A stretch of 64,000 nucleotides of DNA from Mobula hypostoma (lineage: Eukaryota): positions 54,686,001-54,750,000 of the forward strand of contig NC_086108.1 in assembly GCF_963921235.1 (NCBI RefSeq), written 5' to 3'. Each line of letters opens with the position of its first letter. Within the stretch, counting starts at the first letter, position 1. Below the pieces are notes generated by a model. It was not told the origin of the DNA, did no database searches, and saw nothing but the letters and a program-made list of their open reading frames with translations. Position numbers and translations under genes: made by a program. This document shows positions 25,620 to 38,369 of the stretch, piece after piece.

Positions 25620-27105
25620 TAGTGCTTATTCTTACTGGATGCTGGTGACTACTGTTATTTTCCAAGGATCAGTGCTGGGACTACTTGTGTTTGTAATATA
25701 TGTAAGTGATTTGGAAAAAAGTGTAGGTAGTTTAACATGTTTGCAGATGACATGAAAACTGGTGGAGTTGTGGATACCATGGAATGTTGTCAAAGGGAAG
25801 AGCAGGATATAGATCAGTGGAAATTTGGGGAGATAAACGGCAGGTGAAGTTAATCAGGTGATGAATGTAAGATGATGCATTTTGGTAGGTCAAATGGAAT
25901 GGGAAAGTATGTAGTAAATGGCAGGACCCTTAAGAGCACTGAAGTGGAGTGATCTTGGGATGCAAGTCCATAGCTCCTTGGAAGTGGCAACATAAGTGGA
26001 TGGATGATAATATATCTACTACCACCTTGTGCTTCTGTGTGGCGCGTGGCCAAGTGGTTAGGGCGTTGGGCTCATCATCTGAAGGTCATGGGTTCGAGTC
26101 TCGGCCAAGGCAACATGTTGTGTCTTTGAGCAAGGCACTTAACCACCTTAACCACACACTGCTCCAGTCCACCCAGCTGAGAATGGGTACCGGCAAATGC
26201 TGGGGGTTAACCTCACGATGGACTGGCGTCCTATCCGGGGGGGGGGGGGGGGGGAGTCTTGTACTCTCAGTCGCTTCACGCCACAGAAACCAGCATAAGC
26301 ACCGGCCTGATGGACCACAAGGCTTGGGACAGACTTTGACTTGACTTGACCTTGTGCTTCTTCTTCCCTCTCCCCCGCCTGCTCTTCTTGCTCTGACTTC
26401 TCATCTTTTTTTCCAGTCTCACCCTGAAACATCAACTGTTTACTCTTTTCCATAGATGCTGCCCGGCCTGCTGAGTTCCTCCAGCATTTTGTGTGACTTG
26501 CTTGGACAGGTGGTAAGGAAGGTGTACAGCATGCTTGCCTTTATCACTGAATGCAAAGGCTGGCAAGAAAATAAAACTTTGGTTAGAAGTGTGCTTTTGT
26601 TACTAAGCATACAAAAATATCACCTTCCTCACAATTCATTAACATTGGTTAGGTCACAATTGGAGTATTGTGTGCAGTTCAGTTGCCGGATTATAGGAAG
26701 GATGTGGCAGTTTTGAAGAGGATGCAGAACTGGTTCACCAGGATGATGCCTGGATTAGAAACTATAAACTTCAAGGAGAGGGTGGACGATATTGGATTGT
26801 GTAACCTGGGTGAGGGTCTGAGGATCAACCTATGGGAAGTACTGTATATAAAATTATTAGAGGCTCAAAGAATGTAGGTATTCAGCGTTTTGTTCCTGGA
26901 GTGGAATTGCCAAGTACTAGGTATCATAGGTCTAAGGGGAAAGGAGAAAGTTTAAAGGAAAAGTGCAAAGCAAGTTTTCTTTTACATGAAGTGTGGGAGA
27001 TCGCTGGAACACATTGGCAGGGGAGTTGGCAAGATTAGTTGGCAACATTTAAGAATTATTTAGCAGACACCTGAAAAAGCAGGGAATAGAAGGATATGGA
27101 CAAAT
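25620..27105 (+). mobile_element. CR1 3' part, interrupted by a Penelope-like tail (~26015-26500) that itself contains a SINE
   Basis: QGSVLGLLVFVIY, FADD and LEYCVQF motifs on either side of the insertion. Confidence 0.75.
26037..26348 (+). mobile_element. tRNA-derived SINE with CORE-like domain and (GACTT)n tail
   Basis: A box TGGCCAAGTGG (26047), B box GGTTCGAGTC (26091) and a gtgtctttgagcaaggcacttaac CORE-like segment. 13-bp TSD ACCTTGTGCTTCT at 26024-26036 and 26349-26361. Confidence 0.85.
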
Positions 27106-28693
27106 TACGTGAGCATTAGGCAGCAACTAGAGAGTGTTAATTGGGAACAGCTGTTTTTGGGCAAGTCCACAGCTAACATGTGGAGGGTGTTTAAAGACCA
27201 ACTGCACAGTGTACAGGACAGGTATCTTTCAGTAGGAAGGAATGACAAGGATAGCAAGGTAAGAGAACCTTGGATGTCAACAGAGGTGATGAATTTAGTC
27301 AAAATGAATCAGAAAAGATATGTAAAGCCCATGAGCTAGAATCAAACAGAGCCCTTGAGGATTATAAAGAAGCCAGAAAAGAACTCAAGAAGGGAATTAG
27401 GAAAGCCAGGAGGACTCATGAAAAGTCACATGGATAAAAGGGGAAACATTTGATGTGGAGGATGTGGGTATAGTCCTTAATGAGTACTGTAGATCATTAT
27501 TTATTAAGGAGATGAATGTGGAAGGCAGGGAGATAAGCGTAGAGTGTATTGTTTGTGGGCATTTTGAGGTAAAGGAAGTAGTGTTGGGTCTCTTAAAGAG
27601 CACTAGGGTGGGTAAGTCCCCAGAGCCTGCTGGGACAGACCCCAGGCTATTGAGAGGGGCAAGATAAGCTATTTCTGGGGCCTTGACCAATATCTTCACG
27701 TCCTTTCTAGCCATGGGTGAGGTCCTGGAGGACTGGTAAGTAGCTAATATTGTTCTATTATTCACAAAGAAAACCAGGAATAATCCTGGAAACTATAGAA
27801 GAGTGAATCTCACATCAATGAAAGGGAAGTTACTGGAGACAATTCTTAGCGATAGGATTTATGAGCATTTAGAAAACCATAGCCTAATTAGGGAGAGCTA
27901 GCCTAGCTTTGTGCAGGGAAATTCAAATCTTACTACCTTGATGGAATTTTTTGATGGAGTGACAAGGGCGATGATGAGGACAGAGCTGTGGATGTTGTAA
28001 GGCATTTACAAGGTCCCTCATGGGAGGCTCATCCAGAAGATTAAGATGCATGGGATCTATGGTGAATTGGGCTTTTGGATTCAGAATTGGCTTGCCCATA
28101 GAAGGTGGAGGGTGTAGTCAAAGGGTCTTATTCTACCTGAAGTGCTGTGATTAATGGTATTCCACATGGGTCTGTACTGGGACCTCTACTGTTTGTGATG
28201 CATATAAACAAGATGGATGAAAATATAGGTGGGTGACTTAGTAAGTTTGCAGATGATATGAAGATTGCTGGTGTTGTGGATAGCATAGAAGACTCACAAA
28301 GAATACAGCAGGATATAGATTAGTTGTAGATATGGGCACAGATATGGCAGATGGAGTTTAACCTGTCCAAATGTGGAGTGTTGGATCTTGATAGGTAAAA
28401 TACAAAGAGACAGTTCACTGTTAAAGGTAGAATCTTTCACAGTGTTGATGAGCGGAGGGATCTTGGGGTCCAAGTTCATAGCTCCCTGAAAGTGTTTATG
28501 CATGTTGATAGGGTGGTTCAGACTTATGGCATGCTTGCATTTATTAGTTGAGGCATTGAGTTCAAAAGTCAGGAAGTTATACTGCAAATTTATAAAACTC
28601 TAGTTAGGCCATGTCTGGGATATTGTAAACAGTTCTGGTCACCCCATTATAGGAAGGATGTTGAGGCTTTGGAGAGGGTGCAGAAGAGGTTTA

Positions 28694-31600
28694 ATCAAAC
28701 ATAGAACATAGAATAGTACAGCACAGTACAGGCCCTTCAGCTCACATCATTGTGCCAACCCTTAAACCCTGCCTCCCATATAACCCCCCACCTTAAGTTC
28801 CTTCATGTACCCATCTAGTAGTCTCTTAAATTTCACTAGTGTATCTGCCTCCACCACTGACTCAGGCAGTGCATTCCATACGCCAACCACTCTCTGAGTA
28901 AAAAACCTTCCTCTAATATCCCCCTTGAACTTCCTACCCCTTACCTTAAAGCCATATCCCCTTGTATTGAGCAGTGGTGTCCTGGGGAAGAGGCACTGGC
29001 TATCCACTCTGTCTATTCCTCTTAATATCTTGTATACCTGTATCATGTCTCCTCCCGTCCTCTTTCTCTCCATAGAGTAAAGCCCTAGGTCCCTTAATCT
29101 CTGATCATAATCCATACTCTCTAAACCAAGCAGCATCTTGGTAAATCTCCTCTGTACCCTTTCCAATGCTTCCACATCCTTCCTATAGTAAGGTGACCAG
29201 AACTGGACACAGTACTCCAAGTGTGGCCTAACCAGAGTTTTATAGAGCTGCATCATTACATTACGACTCTTAAACTCTATACCTCGACTTATGAAAGCTA
29301 ACACCCCATGAGCTTTCTTAATTACCATATCTACCTGTGAGGCAACTTTCAGGGATGTGTGGACATGTACCCCCAGATCCCTCTGCTGCTCCACACTACC
29401 AAGTATCCTGCCATTTACTTTTTACTCTGCTTTGGAGTTTGTCCTTCCAAAGTGTACCACCTCACACTTCTCCAGGTTGAACTCCATCTGCCACTTCTCA
29501 GCCCACTTCTGCAACCTATCAATGTCTCTCTGTAATCTTCGACAATCCTCTACACTATCTACAACACCAGCAACCTTTGTGTCATCTGCAAACTTGCCGT
29601 CCCACCCTTCTACCCCCACATCCAAGTCATTAATAAAAAATTACGAAAAGTAGAGGTCCCAGAACCGATCCTTGTGGGACACTAGTCACAACTCTCCGAT
29701 CAGAATGTACTCCCTCCACCACGACCCTCTGCCTTCTGCAGGCAAGCCAATTCTGAATCCACCTGGCCAATCTTCCCTGGATCCCATGCCTTCTGATTTT
29801 CTGAATAAACCTACCATGTGGAACCTTATCAAATGCCTTACTAAAATCCATATAGATCACATCCACTGCACTACCCTCATCTATATGCCTGGACACCTCC
29901 TCAAAGAACTCTATCAGGCTTGTTAGACATGATCTGCCCTTCGCAAAGCCATGCTGACTGACCCTGATCAGACCATGATTCTCTAAATACCCAGAGATCC
30001 TATCTCTAAGAATCTTTTCCAACAGCTTTCCTACCACAGACGTAAGGCTCACTGGTCTATAATTACCCAGACTATCTCTGCTACCTTTTTTGAATAAGGG
30101 GCAACATTTGCCTCCCTCCAATCCTCCGGTACCATTCCAGTGGACAAGAGGACATAAAGATCCTAGCCAGAGGCTCAGCAATCTGTTCCCTTGCCTCATG
30201 GAGCAGCCTGGGGAATATGCTGTCAGGCCCCAGGGACCTATCCATCTTAATGTATTTTAACAACTCCAACACCTCCTCTCCCTTAATATCAACATGCTCC
30301 AGAACATCAACCTCACTCATATTGTCCTCACCATCATCAAGTTCCCTCTCTTTGGTGAACATCAAAGAGAAGTATTCATTGAGGACCTCGCTCACTTCCA
30401 CAGCCTCCAGGCACATCTTCCCACCTTTATCTCCAATCGGTCCTACCTTCACTCCTGTCATCCTTTTGTTCTTCACATAATTGAAGAATGCCTTGGGATT
30501 TTCCTTTACCCTACTAGCCAAGGCCTTCTCATGCCCCCTTGCTCTTCTCAGCCCCTTCTTAAGGTCCTTTCTTGCCACCCTATATTCCTCAATAGACCCA
30601 TCTGATCCTTGCTTCCTAAACCTCATGTATGCTGCCTTCTTCCACCTGACTAGATTTTCCACCTCACTTGTCACCCATAGTTCCTTCACCCTACCATTCT
30701 TTATCTTCCTCACTGGGACAAATTTATCCATAACATCCTGCAAGAGATCTCTAAACACTGACCACACGTCCATAGTACATTTCCCTGCAAAAACATCATT
30801 CCAATTCACACCCGCAAGTTCTAGCCTTACAGCCTCATAATTTGCCCTTCCCCAATTAAACATTTTCCTGTCCTCTCTGATTCTATCCTTTTCCATGATA
30901 ATGTTAAAGGCCAGGTCACTGTCCCCCAGATGCTCACCCACTGAGAGATCTGTGACCTGACCTGGTTCATTACCTAATACTAGGTCTAGTATAGCATTCC
31001 CCCTAGTCGGCCTGTCAATATACTGCGACAGGAATCCGTCCTGGACACACTTAACAAACTATGCCCCGTCTAAACCCTTGGAACTAATCAGGTGCCAATC
31101 AATATTAGGGAAGTTAAAGTCACCCATGATAACAACCCTGTTATTTTTGCACCTTTCCAAAATCTGCCTCCCAATCTGCTCCTCGGTATCTCTGCTGCTA
31201 CCAGGGGCCTATAGAATACTCCTAATAGAGTAACTGCTCCCTTCCTGTTCCTGACTTCCACTCATACTGACTCAAAAGAGGATCCTGCTACACATTTTAA
31301 TTCCACATCCCATTCCCATTCTGGTATGTCTATCCACGGCCTCCTCTACTGTAAAGATGAAGCCACACTCAGGTTGGAGGAACAACACCTTATATTCTGT
31401 CTGGGTAGCCTCCAACCTGATGGCATGAACATTGACTTCGCTAACTTCCGCTAATGCCCCTCCTCTCTCTTGTACCTCATCTGTTATTTATTTATATACA
31501 CACATTCTTTCTCTCTCTATCCTTTTTCTCCCTCTGTCTCTCTGACTATACCCCTTGCCCATCCTCTGGGTATTTCCTCCCCTCCCCCTTTTCCTTCTCC

Positions 31601-33111
31601 CTGGGCCTCCTGTCCCATGATCCTCTCATATCCCCTTTGCCAATCACCTTTCCAGCTCTTGGCTCCATCCCTCCCCCTCCTGTCTTCTCCTATCATTTTG
31701 GATCTCCCCTCCCCCTCCCATTTTCAAATCTCTTACTAGCTCTTCCTTCAGTTAGTCCTGAGGAAGGGTTTCGGCTCGAAACGTCAACTGTACCTGTTCC
31801 TGGAGATGCTGCCTGGCCTGCTGCGTTCACCAGCAACTTTGATGTGTGTTGCTTGAATTTCCAGCATCTGCAGAATTCCTCGTGTTCCTGCTACATTACC
31901 CACCCATTCTGTAGCTGTAATAGCATCCTTGGCCAGTAATGCCACCACTCCTCCCCTTCCCCCCCTCTATCCCTTTTAAAGCACTGAAATCCAGGAATGT
32001 TGAGAATCCATTCCTGCCCTGGTGCCAGCCAAGTCTCTGTAATGGCTACTATATCATAATTTCATGTATGTATCCAAGCTCTCAGTTCATCACCTTTGTT
32101 CCTGATGCTTCTTGCATTGAAGTACACACACATTAGCCCTTCTACCTTCCTACCTTTACACCATTTATTCTGCTTCTCTTTCCTCAAAGCCTCTCTATAT
32201 GTTAGATCTGGCTTTACTCCATGCACTTCTTTCACTGCTCTATCGCTCCAGGTCCCATTCACCTTGCAAATTAGTTTAAACCCTCCCGAACCATGCTAGC
32301 AAACCTACCCACAAGGGCATTGCTCCCCCTCGAGTTCAGGTGCAACCCATCCAATCTGTACAGGTCCCACCTTCCCCAGAAGAGATCCCAATGATTCAAA
32401 AATCTAAAACCCTGCCCCATGCACCAACTCCTCAGCCATGCACTCAACTGCCATCTCCTCCAATTCTTACCATCACTGTCACGTAGCACTGCAGCAATCC
32501 TGAGAACGCCACCCTTGAGATCCTGTTCTTCAGCCTTCTGCCTATTTCCCGAAACTCACACTTCAGGACCTCATCCCTCTTCCCGCCTATGTCGTTTGTA
32601 CCAACATGTATCACTACTTCTGGTTACCTTCCCTCTTATACCAGGATGTCGTGTACCCAGTCAGAGACACAGACCCTGGCACCCGAAGCAACAAACCATG
32701 CGGGTGTCCTTCTCATGTCCACAAAATCTCCTGTCTGCTCCCCTGACTATAGAGTCTCCAATGACAACAGCTCTTCTCTTCTCTGTCCCATCCTTCTGCA
32801 CCACAGGGTCAGACTCAGTGCCGGAGGCCCTGCCACCATTGCTCACACCTGGTCGGTTGTCCCCGCCAACAGTATCCAGGACGGTAAACTTATTATTCAG
32901 GGAAATGGCTACAGGGGAGCTCTGTACTACTTGTCTACTCACCTTCGCTTTCCCCCCTCTGATTGTCACCCAGTGACCTGATTCTGGCAGCCTTGGTGTG
33001 ACTACCTCCCTGTAGCTCTCATCTATGACTGCCCCATTCTCCCCTACGAGTCGAAGGTCATCCAGCTGCTGCTCAAGATTCCTTACACGGTCTTCCAGAT
33101 CTTACACGGTC
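28694..33111 (-). mobile_element. Young, nearly full-length CR1 LINE (ORF1 SGNH-esterase part plus ORF2 endonuclease and RT)
   Basis: ORF1 VVIGDSIVRG (32661-32969). ORF2 segments in ORFs 30081-30941, 29630-30199, 29422-29625 and 28762-29394 (KFADD). (TTCTATG)n tail. Confidence 0.93.
31293..31885 (+). mobile_element. Young Penelope-like insertion inside the CR1 endonuclease region, with a hammerhead motif at 31754-31789
   Basis: 10-bp TSD TCCTGCTACA at 31283-31292 and 31886-31895. Highly similar to 18170-18723. Confidence 0.88.
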
Positions 33112-34559
33112 TTACCAGGATGTTGACTGGATAAGAGGGCATGTGACATAATGAGAGGTTGGACAAACCTGGGTTGTTTCACTGGGGCAGCGGAGGATGG
33201 GTGAAGATCTGATAGAGCTTTATAAAATTATGAGAGGCATAGACAGGGTAGACAGGCAATAACTTCTAGGGTTGAAATGTCTAATACCAGAGGGCATGCA
33301 TTTAAGGTGGGGGGTGGAGGTATAATTTCAAAGGAGATGTGAGTGGCAAGATTTTGACAGAGAGAGTGGTGGTTTCCTGGAATGCGTTGCCAGAGGTGGT
33401 GGTAGAATCAGAAACATTAGGGACCTTTAAGAGATGTTTAGATAAGCACATGAATGTGAGGAGAATGTTAGGATAGGGACATTGTGTAGGCAGAAGAGAT
33501 TCGTTTAGTTGGCTATTTGATTACTAATTTAATTAGTTCAGCACAACATTGTAGGCTGAAGAGCCAGTTTCTATATTTTATATTGATGAGATTAGTTTAG
33601 ATTGACATCATGGTGGGCTAAACTGCTGGGTCTACTGTGTATTGCAGCAAGGGATATACTTAAATTTCTGAGGTGTGTACAAGTATAACATTTCAAAGAC
33701 ACAGGAAAGTACATGGATAGGAAAGGCTTTGAGGAAAGTGGGCGAAATGAAGTTTGAAGGGTGTGTATCTATGCTGTATAATGTTGACTCTATAATAGGA
33801 ACCAGCACCACTGGTTAAGCAGCACCTGAAGGAAACTTTCATATTTCAGATTAAATTATCCAGAAGACTGAATCCTGAGAATGTGAACCAACTTAATATC
33901 TGCTACGAATTTCTGGTATTCCTTATTTCTATTTTCGATTGCCAGATGATATAATCGTTCATATTACCCATTTTATAAGTTTTTTAAATGAGGCTGCGGT
34001 ACACTACTGAAAGAAAATGGACCATGTGATAGTTTTTTTTCAGAGCAAATCCGTGTTTGGAACTGTTGCTATAGATCAAAGGAATGAAATATTTGCTTGT
34101 CTGATTGTTTTATGGTTCGATGTATGGTAGACAAGGAAACATATTTGTGTCCCCTTGAGATTACTGCAAAGCCTTTTTTAAGAAAAATCTCAAAATAATA
34201 AACATTCTTAACAATGCAAAATATTACCAAAAAGAAGTATTTTAAGAGAATAAATTCTCATCCAAATATCGATGGTCTGTAGTTGGTTCTGAAACATCTC
34301 GGTGTCGCAGGATTCATCTCACTGCGATTCAGTGACTTCTACAAAAAATTAGATGTGCACATATAACGAGTGAAATCAAGATTGAGCTAAAACTTGTCCT
34401 AATTAGCCAGCCGTAATCAAGAATGTGGCATGAGAGTGCCTATGTCATTCCACACAGACAGTATTTCAAGACATTTGGAATAAAAATAATCCATGATCTA
34501 TAGAAAAAACGGATTTAACAAAGCTACATTAGTATGTTTCAAACATACCCATACACTAA

Positions 34560-34942
34560 CTGCAGAACCTGTCCATGAAGCCACACATTTTCTCGCAGCA
34601 GCACTATTTTGAAAGGCAGACAGGTTTGCAGGCAAGCTTCAGGCAACTCCTGGCTGGAGATGACCGTTTTCGTCAGGCAACTGGCAGGGAGCCAGTCGGA
34701 AGCCCGGAGAAGGACCTGTTAAAGGAGGGAGGCAGCTGGGGAGCTTTGCAAGTTTGTTACTGGGGTTGTCGGAGTTTTGCCTTTTCGATTTCTGCCCCTT
34801 TCTAGGAAACAAAACCGATTCATTCGCTACTTTGGTTCCTTTTTTTTTCAGGAGTCAGTTCATTGAACAAGGTCATGACTTACTCTCTCCCCTTTGTCTG
34901 TGAATGAGCATTCTTATTTGGTGACTTTTGTTTGAGTGCCCC
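34560..34942 (+). promoter_or_regulatory. Probable promoter/5' UTR of DNAJC6 exon 1
   Basis: Repeat-free stretch, richer in GC and CpG than its flanks, immediately upstream of the ATG. The TSS cannot be placed from sequence alone. Confidence 0.5.
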
Positions 34943-35189
34943 ATGAGCCTTCTTGGAAACTATCGCAAGAAGACAAATTATGACGGGTACGAATCGTTGC
35001 ATTTGGTGGACACGGGTCCCGGCGATTTGGATAGTTGGCAGCAAGCTGGCGATGCAGAGCAGACGGTGAACCCGGCCCCTGCCCCAGTCCCAGCCCCAGC
35101 CTCAGCCCTCGCTCCCGAGCCGACAGGAGCGATAGCAGCCAGTGGCCTGATCCCGCAGACAGCCCGCTACAGCACCATGGACAGGTCAG
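34943..35189 (+). CDS. DNAJC6: Auxilin coding exon 1 (long N-terminal isoform): MSLLGNYRKKTNYDGYESLHLVD...ARYSTMDRS-G
   Basis: ATG at 34943. The N-terminus closely matches the recalled human DNAJC6 long isoform (MSLLGSYRKKTSNDGYESLQLVD...STMDSSG). The phase-1 donor G|GTAACT at 35189/35190 is compatible with the exon 2 acceptor. Confidence 0.93.
35168..35188 (+). promoter_or_regulatory. RE1/NRSE (REST binding site) inside coding exon 1
   Basis: TACAGCACCATGGACAGGTCA contains the canonical core CAGCACC-nn-GGACAG exactly, with 2-nt spacing. The host gene is neuron-enriched. Confidence 0.7.
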
Positions 35190-37367
35190 GTAACTGCTCC
35201 TCACTCGTCAACGCCATGTGCCATTCAGTAACACGAGCTCAGCTCCTTATCTTAAATCCCGTGCTTGCAAAGAGAATTAATCATTTTCACTTGTATTTCT
35301 TAAATGTATGCAGCAATTCGTACTTTCTTGGCCCTTGTAACATTACCGAGCACTGTTAGTCGTTGAAATATAAATAATACCTCTAAATTTTTCTGTCGCA
35401 CTGTTGGTAATGAAACGCTATGTGCTTTAAACCATTTTGTACTATATGTTTTATATTACTTCCGCTAGATTAGTGCATTCTTTAATTTTTCAAATACGTA
35501 GGAAGAGAGATGTTGGTGCAGCAGTACGTAAATCATGTACAGTAGCTTCCGTGCTTTCTTTCAGGCTTCAAATTGCAAGTACAGAATTTAATCGCTAAAT
35601 TCTTACAGAAGGCGTTGGGGGAGGGGCACTTGGCGAATGCATCCTGGATAGCAGCAGTATGGCGTCCTTCTGGTGCACGCTGTGTTCACCTCCAGACTCC
35701 CACTTCTTACCCACGATCTTACCCGCTTGACTTGTTCTGTTGAATTTTGGTTTACGTGTACTTATGGCTTTGACTCTTTTTTAACATTTGATTCATGATC
35801 AATTTTATGTTAATGAACTGAACGCTGTTGTTAACTAATTTGTGTGGTGGTGTCATATAAAGGATGGTCCAGTCTCTTTGAAGTGTGCACATTGGCTGCT
35901 GGGAATACTGTCAGCCGTTCGACCTTTTGCTATTGTCCAGACACTGAAGCAAATAATGTAATTGCTAATAATGTAATACATTTTATTGCATATAAAGCAG
36001 AGTCAAATTGATCATTTTGATTAATTTCTATGCAGGATAAGTTGTTGGCATGTTTCTTTCTTTGTCTGCTAATAATTATCTAGTTTCCTAAATGTTGCTC
36101 TAAGAATCTAAAACCTGTCTTATACTGTGCTTTCCAGAATTAAGTCACACATTGCTGTCTGCTTGATCTTTCCTATATTGTTTGTTCTTTAGAAATAAGT
36201 GATACTACAGGATCATCCTCATCTACACATCCTTGCCGTTGAAGTGAATACTGCATGTAATGCTTTAAAATTTGTCTCCAATTCCTATCTCGTCTTCCAC
36301 TGTTTCTGCTGTTTCATTTTATTTGTGTTCTTTTACTTGTAATCCTGAATTTGAAATAAAATTCACAATACTGCCAAGTGCAATTAATAAAACTTATTTG
36401 TAAGTTTGATAGTTAGTAGGGTTCTACTGGTTTGGCACAGTGGTGCAACTACCAGAGCTGCTGCCCCAGCTTCAGTGCACCAGATTAATGAGAGATCTCC
36501 TGTGCTGTTAGTACGGAATTTTTACATCCTCCCAAAGACTTCTTCAGTGCTATTGTGTCCTCCCACATCCCTATGATGGAAAGATAAAGGTTGCCCCTAG
36601 TCTGTAGGTAAGTGGTAGTATCTGTGATTAGCGTGGGGGTGGGGTTAGTTGAGAAGAATGCAGGGAGAATAGAGTGTGATTAGTGTAAATGTGTGTTTCC
36701 TGGTTGGCGTGGGCCGGATGGGTGTACTTATTTGGAGATGGAGCACAGAAGCAGGCCTGTGCCACCCAGTTACACCCGTGTGACCAATTAACCTGTACAT
36801 CCTTGGAATGTGGGGCAAAAGTCACTTACAGACAGTGGGAGAATGTACAAACTGCTTAAGACAGTGGGTGAATGGAGACACTGGAATAGTATTACGCTGA
36901 CTGTACTTTGAAGAGCTAGTTTTCATTCTGTATAATTCTATGGCTCTGTTAATTGTACATTACATACTTTAAAAAGAAATATTGTTAAACACATGGGAGT
37001 CAACCTATCTTCAAAGAAAGCATTTGCATTTCTGTTTTATCTTTCCACTTGCTTACATGACAATGGTTCCAAAAAATCCTCAAGAAGCCCAACACAATCC
37101 AGAGCAAAGCAGAAGGATTAATTGGAACTGTGTCCACCAAGCTAAGTGTTGATTCCTTTCACAGCTGAGCCACAGTAGCTGCAGAGTGCACCATCTGCAG
37201 AACACTTTGCAGTTTCCTGCCTCGGCACTCTGGCAGCACTTTGTAAACCCACAAATTTTGTCAACACAGACTGGGTGGCAGGTGTGTGGGAACATTAGTG
37301 TTGGCTGCCCTCTTCGGTTGTGCAAACTCATGCTGTTATTGTCACTGGGTCTAAGTTCTGGTCTTCA

Positions 37368-38090
37368 CTACCCAATGACAAGGTAGAAGGTGAAAGGTGA
37401 AACTGCAGGAGGAGGGGTGAAGTCAACTGGTGAAAGAGATATAGGGCTAGAGAAGGGGGAATCTGATAGGGGACCAAGGCCATAGAAGAAAGGGAAGGGG
37501 GTGGAGCACCAGAGGGAGGTGATGGGCAGGTAAGGAGATGCAGTGAGCAAGGGGAATGGTGAAGGGAGGGGGGCATTACCAAAGGTTCAAGAAATCGATG
37601 TTCATGCCATCAGGTTGCTGGCTGCCCAGACGGAATATAAGGCGTTGCTCCTTCAACCTGAGTGTGGCCTCATCACGACAGTAGAGGAGGCCACGGATTG
37701 ACATGTCAGAACGGGAATGGGAATTGGAATTAAAATGGGCCACTGGGAGATCGTGCTTTTTCTAGAAGATGGAGCATAGGTGCTCAGTGAAGTGGTCCCC
37801 AATCTACACTGGGTCTCACCGATATACAGGCGAGCACCACATACAGTATATGATTCCAACAGACTCGCAGGTGAAGTATCACCTCACCTGGAAGGACTGT
37901 TTGGGGCCCTGAATGGTAGTAAGGGAGGAGGTGTAGGGGCAGGTGTAGCGCTTGTTCCGCTTGCAAGGGTAATCGCCAGGAAGGGAGATCAGTGGGGAGG
38001 GACGAATGGACAAGGGAGTTGCGTAGGGAAAGATCCTCGTGGAAAGCGGAAATTTGGAGGGGGGGAGAAGATGTGCTTGGTGGTGGTAGA
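37368..38090 (-). mobile_element. Penelope-like element fragment (GIY-YIG)
   Basis: ARLYIGETQCRLG in ORF 37653-37859. Reverse complement of the family at 38370-39795. Confidence 0.8.
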
Positions 38091-38369
38091 CCCATTGCTT
38101 TTACTTATTCCTGCCCACTGAATTTGTATATACAGACTTTGACCCGGTTTTATTCCCCCTGGTTCAGTCCCATCCTATCTGCATACGTGACACTTCACAC
38201 ATTCTTGAATTTTTTAGTGATTTCAAGTTTCCTGGCCCCGATCATCTTATTTTCAATATGGATGTTCCAGCTATGCCTGCTTTTTTTATTGGCTATGAAG
38301 AACAGTCGGTATGTTCTAAGCCTACACTGGTATCATTCTCCAACTTTTCCTATGCTACACAGATGACTG

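Larger units (their letters stand above)
27108..33590 (+). mobile_element. CR1 LINE split by an antisense CR1 (host parts 27108-28693 and 33112-33590)
   Basis: The host reading frame LERVQKRF|TRML rejoins across the insertion. Confidence 0.85.

Noticed and set aside
26037..26115. tRNA gene
   Set aside because: A and B boxes are present, but they are followed by a SINE body, tail and TSD, so this is a SINE head. The same applies to 9623-9695.
34928..35359. 143-aa single-exon ORF from the ORF track
   Set aside because: It starts at a TTG and reads through the exon 1 donor into the intron. Only 34943-35189 is supported.
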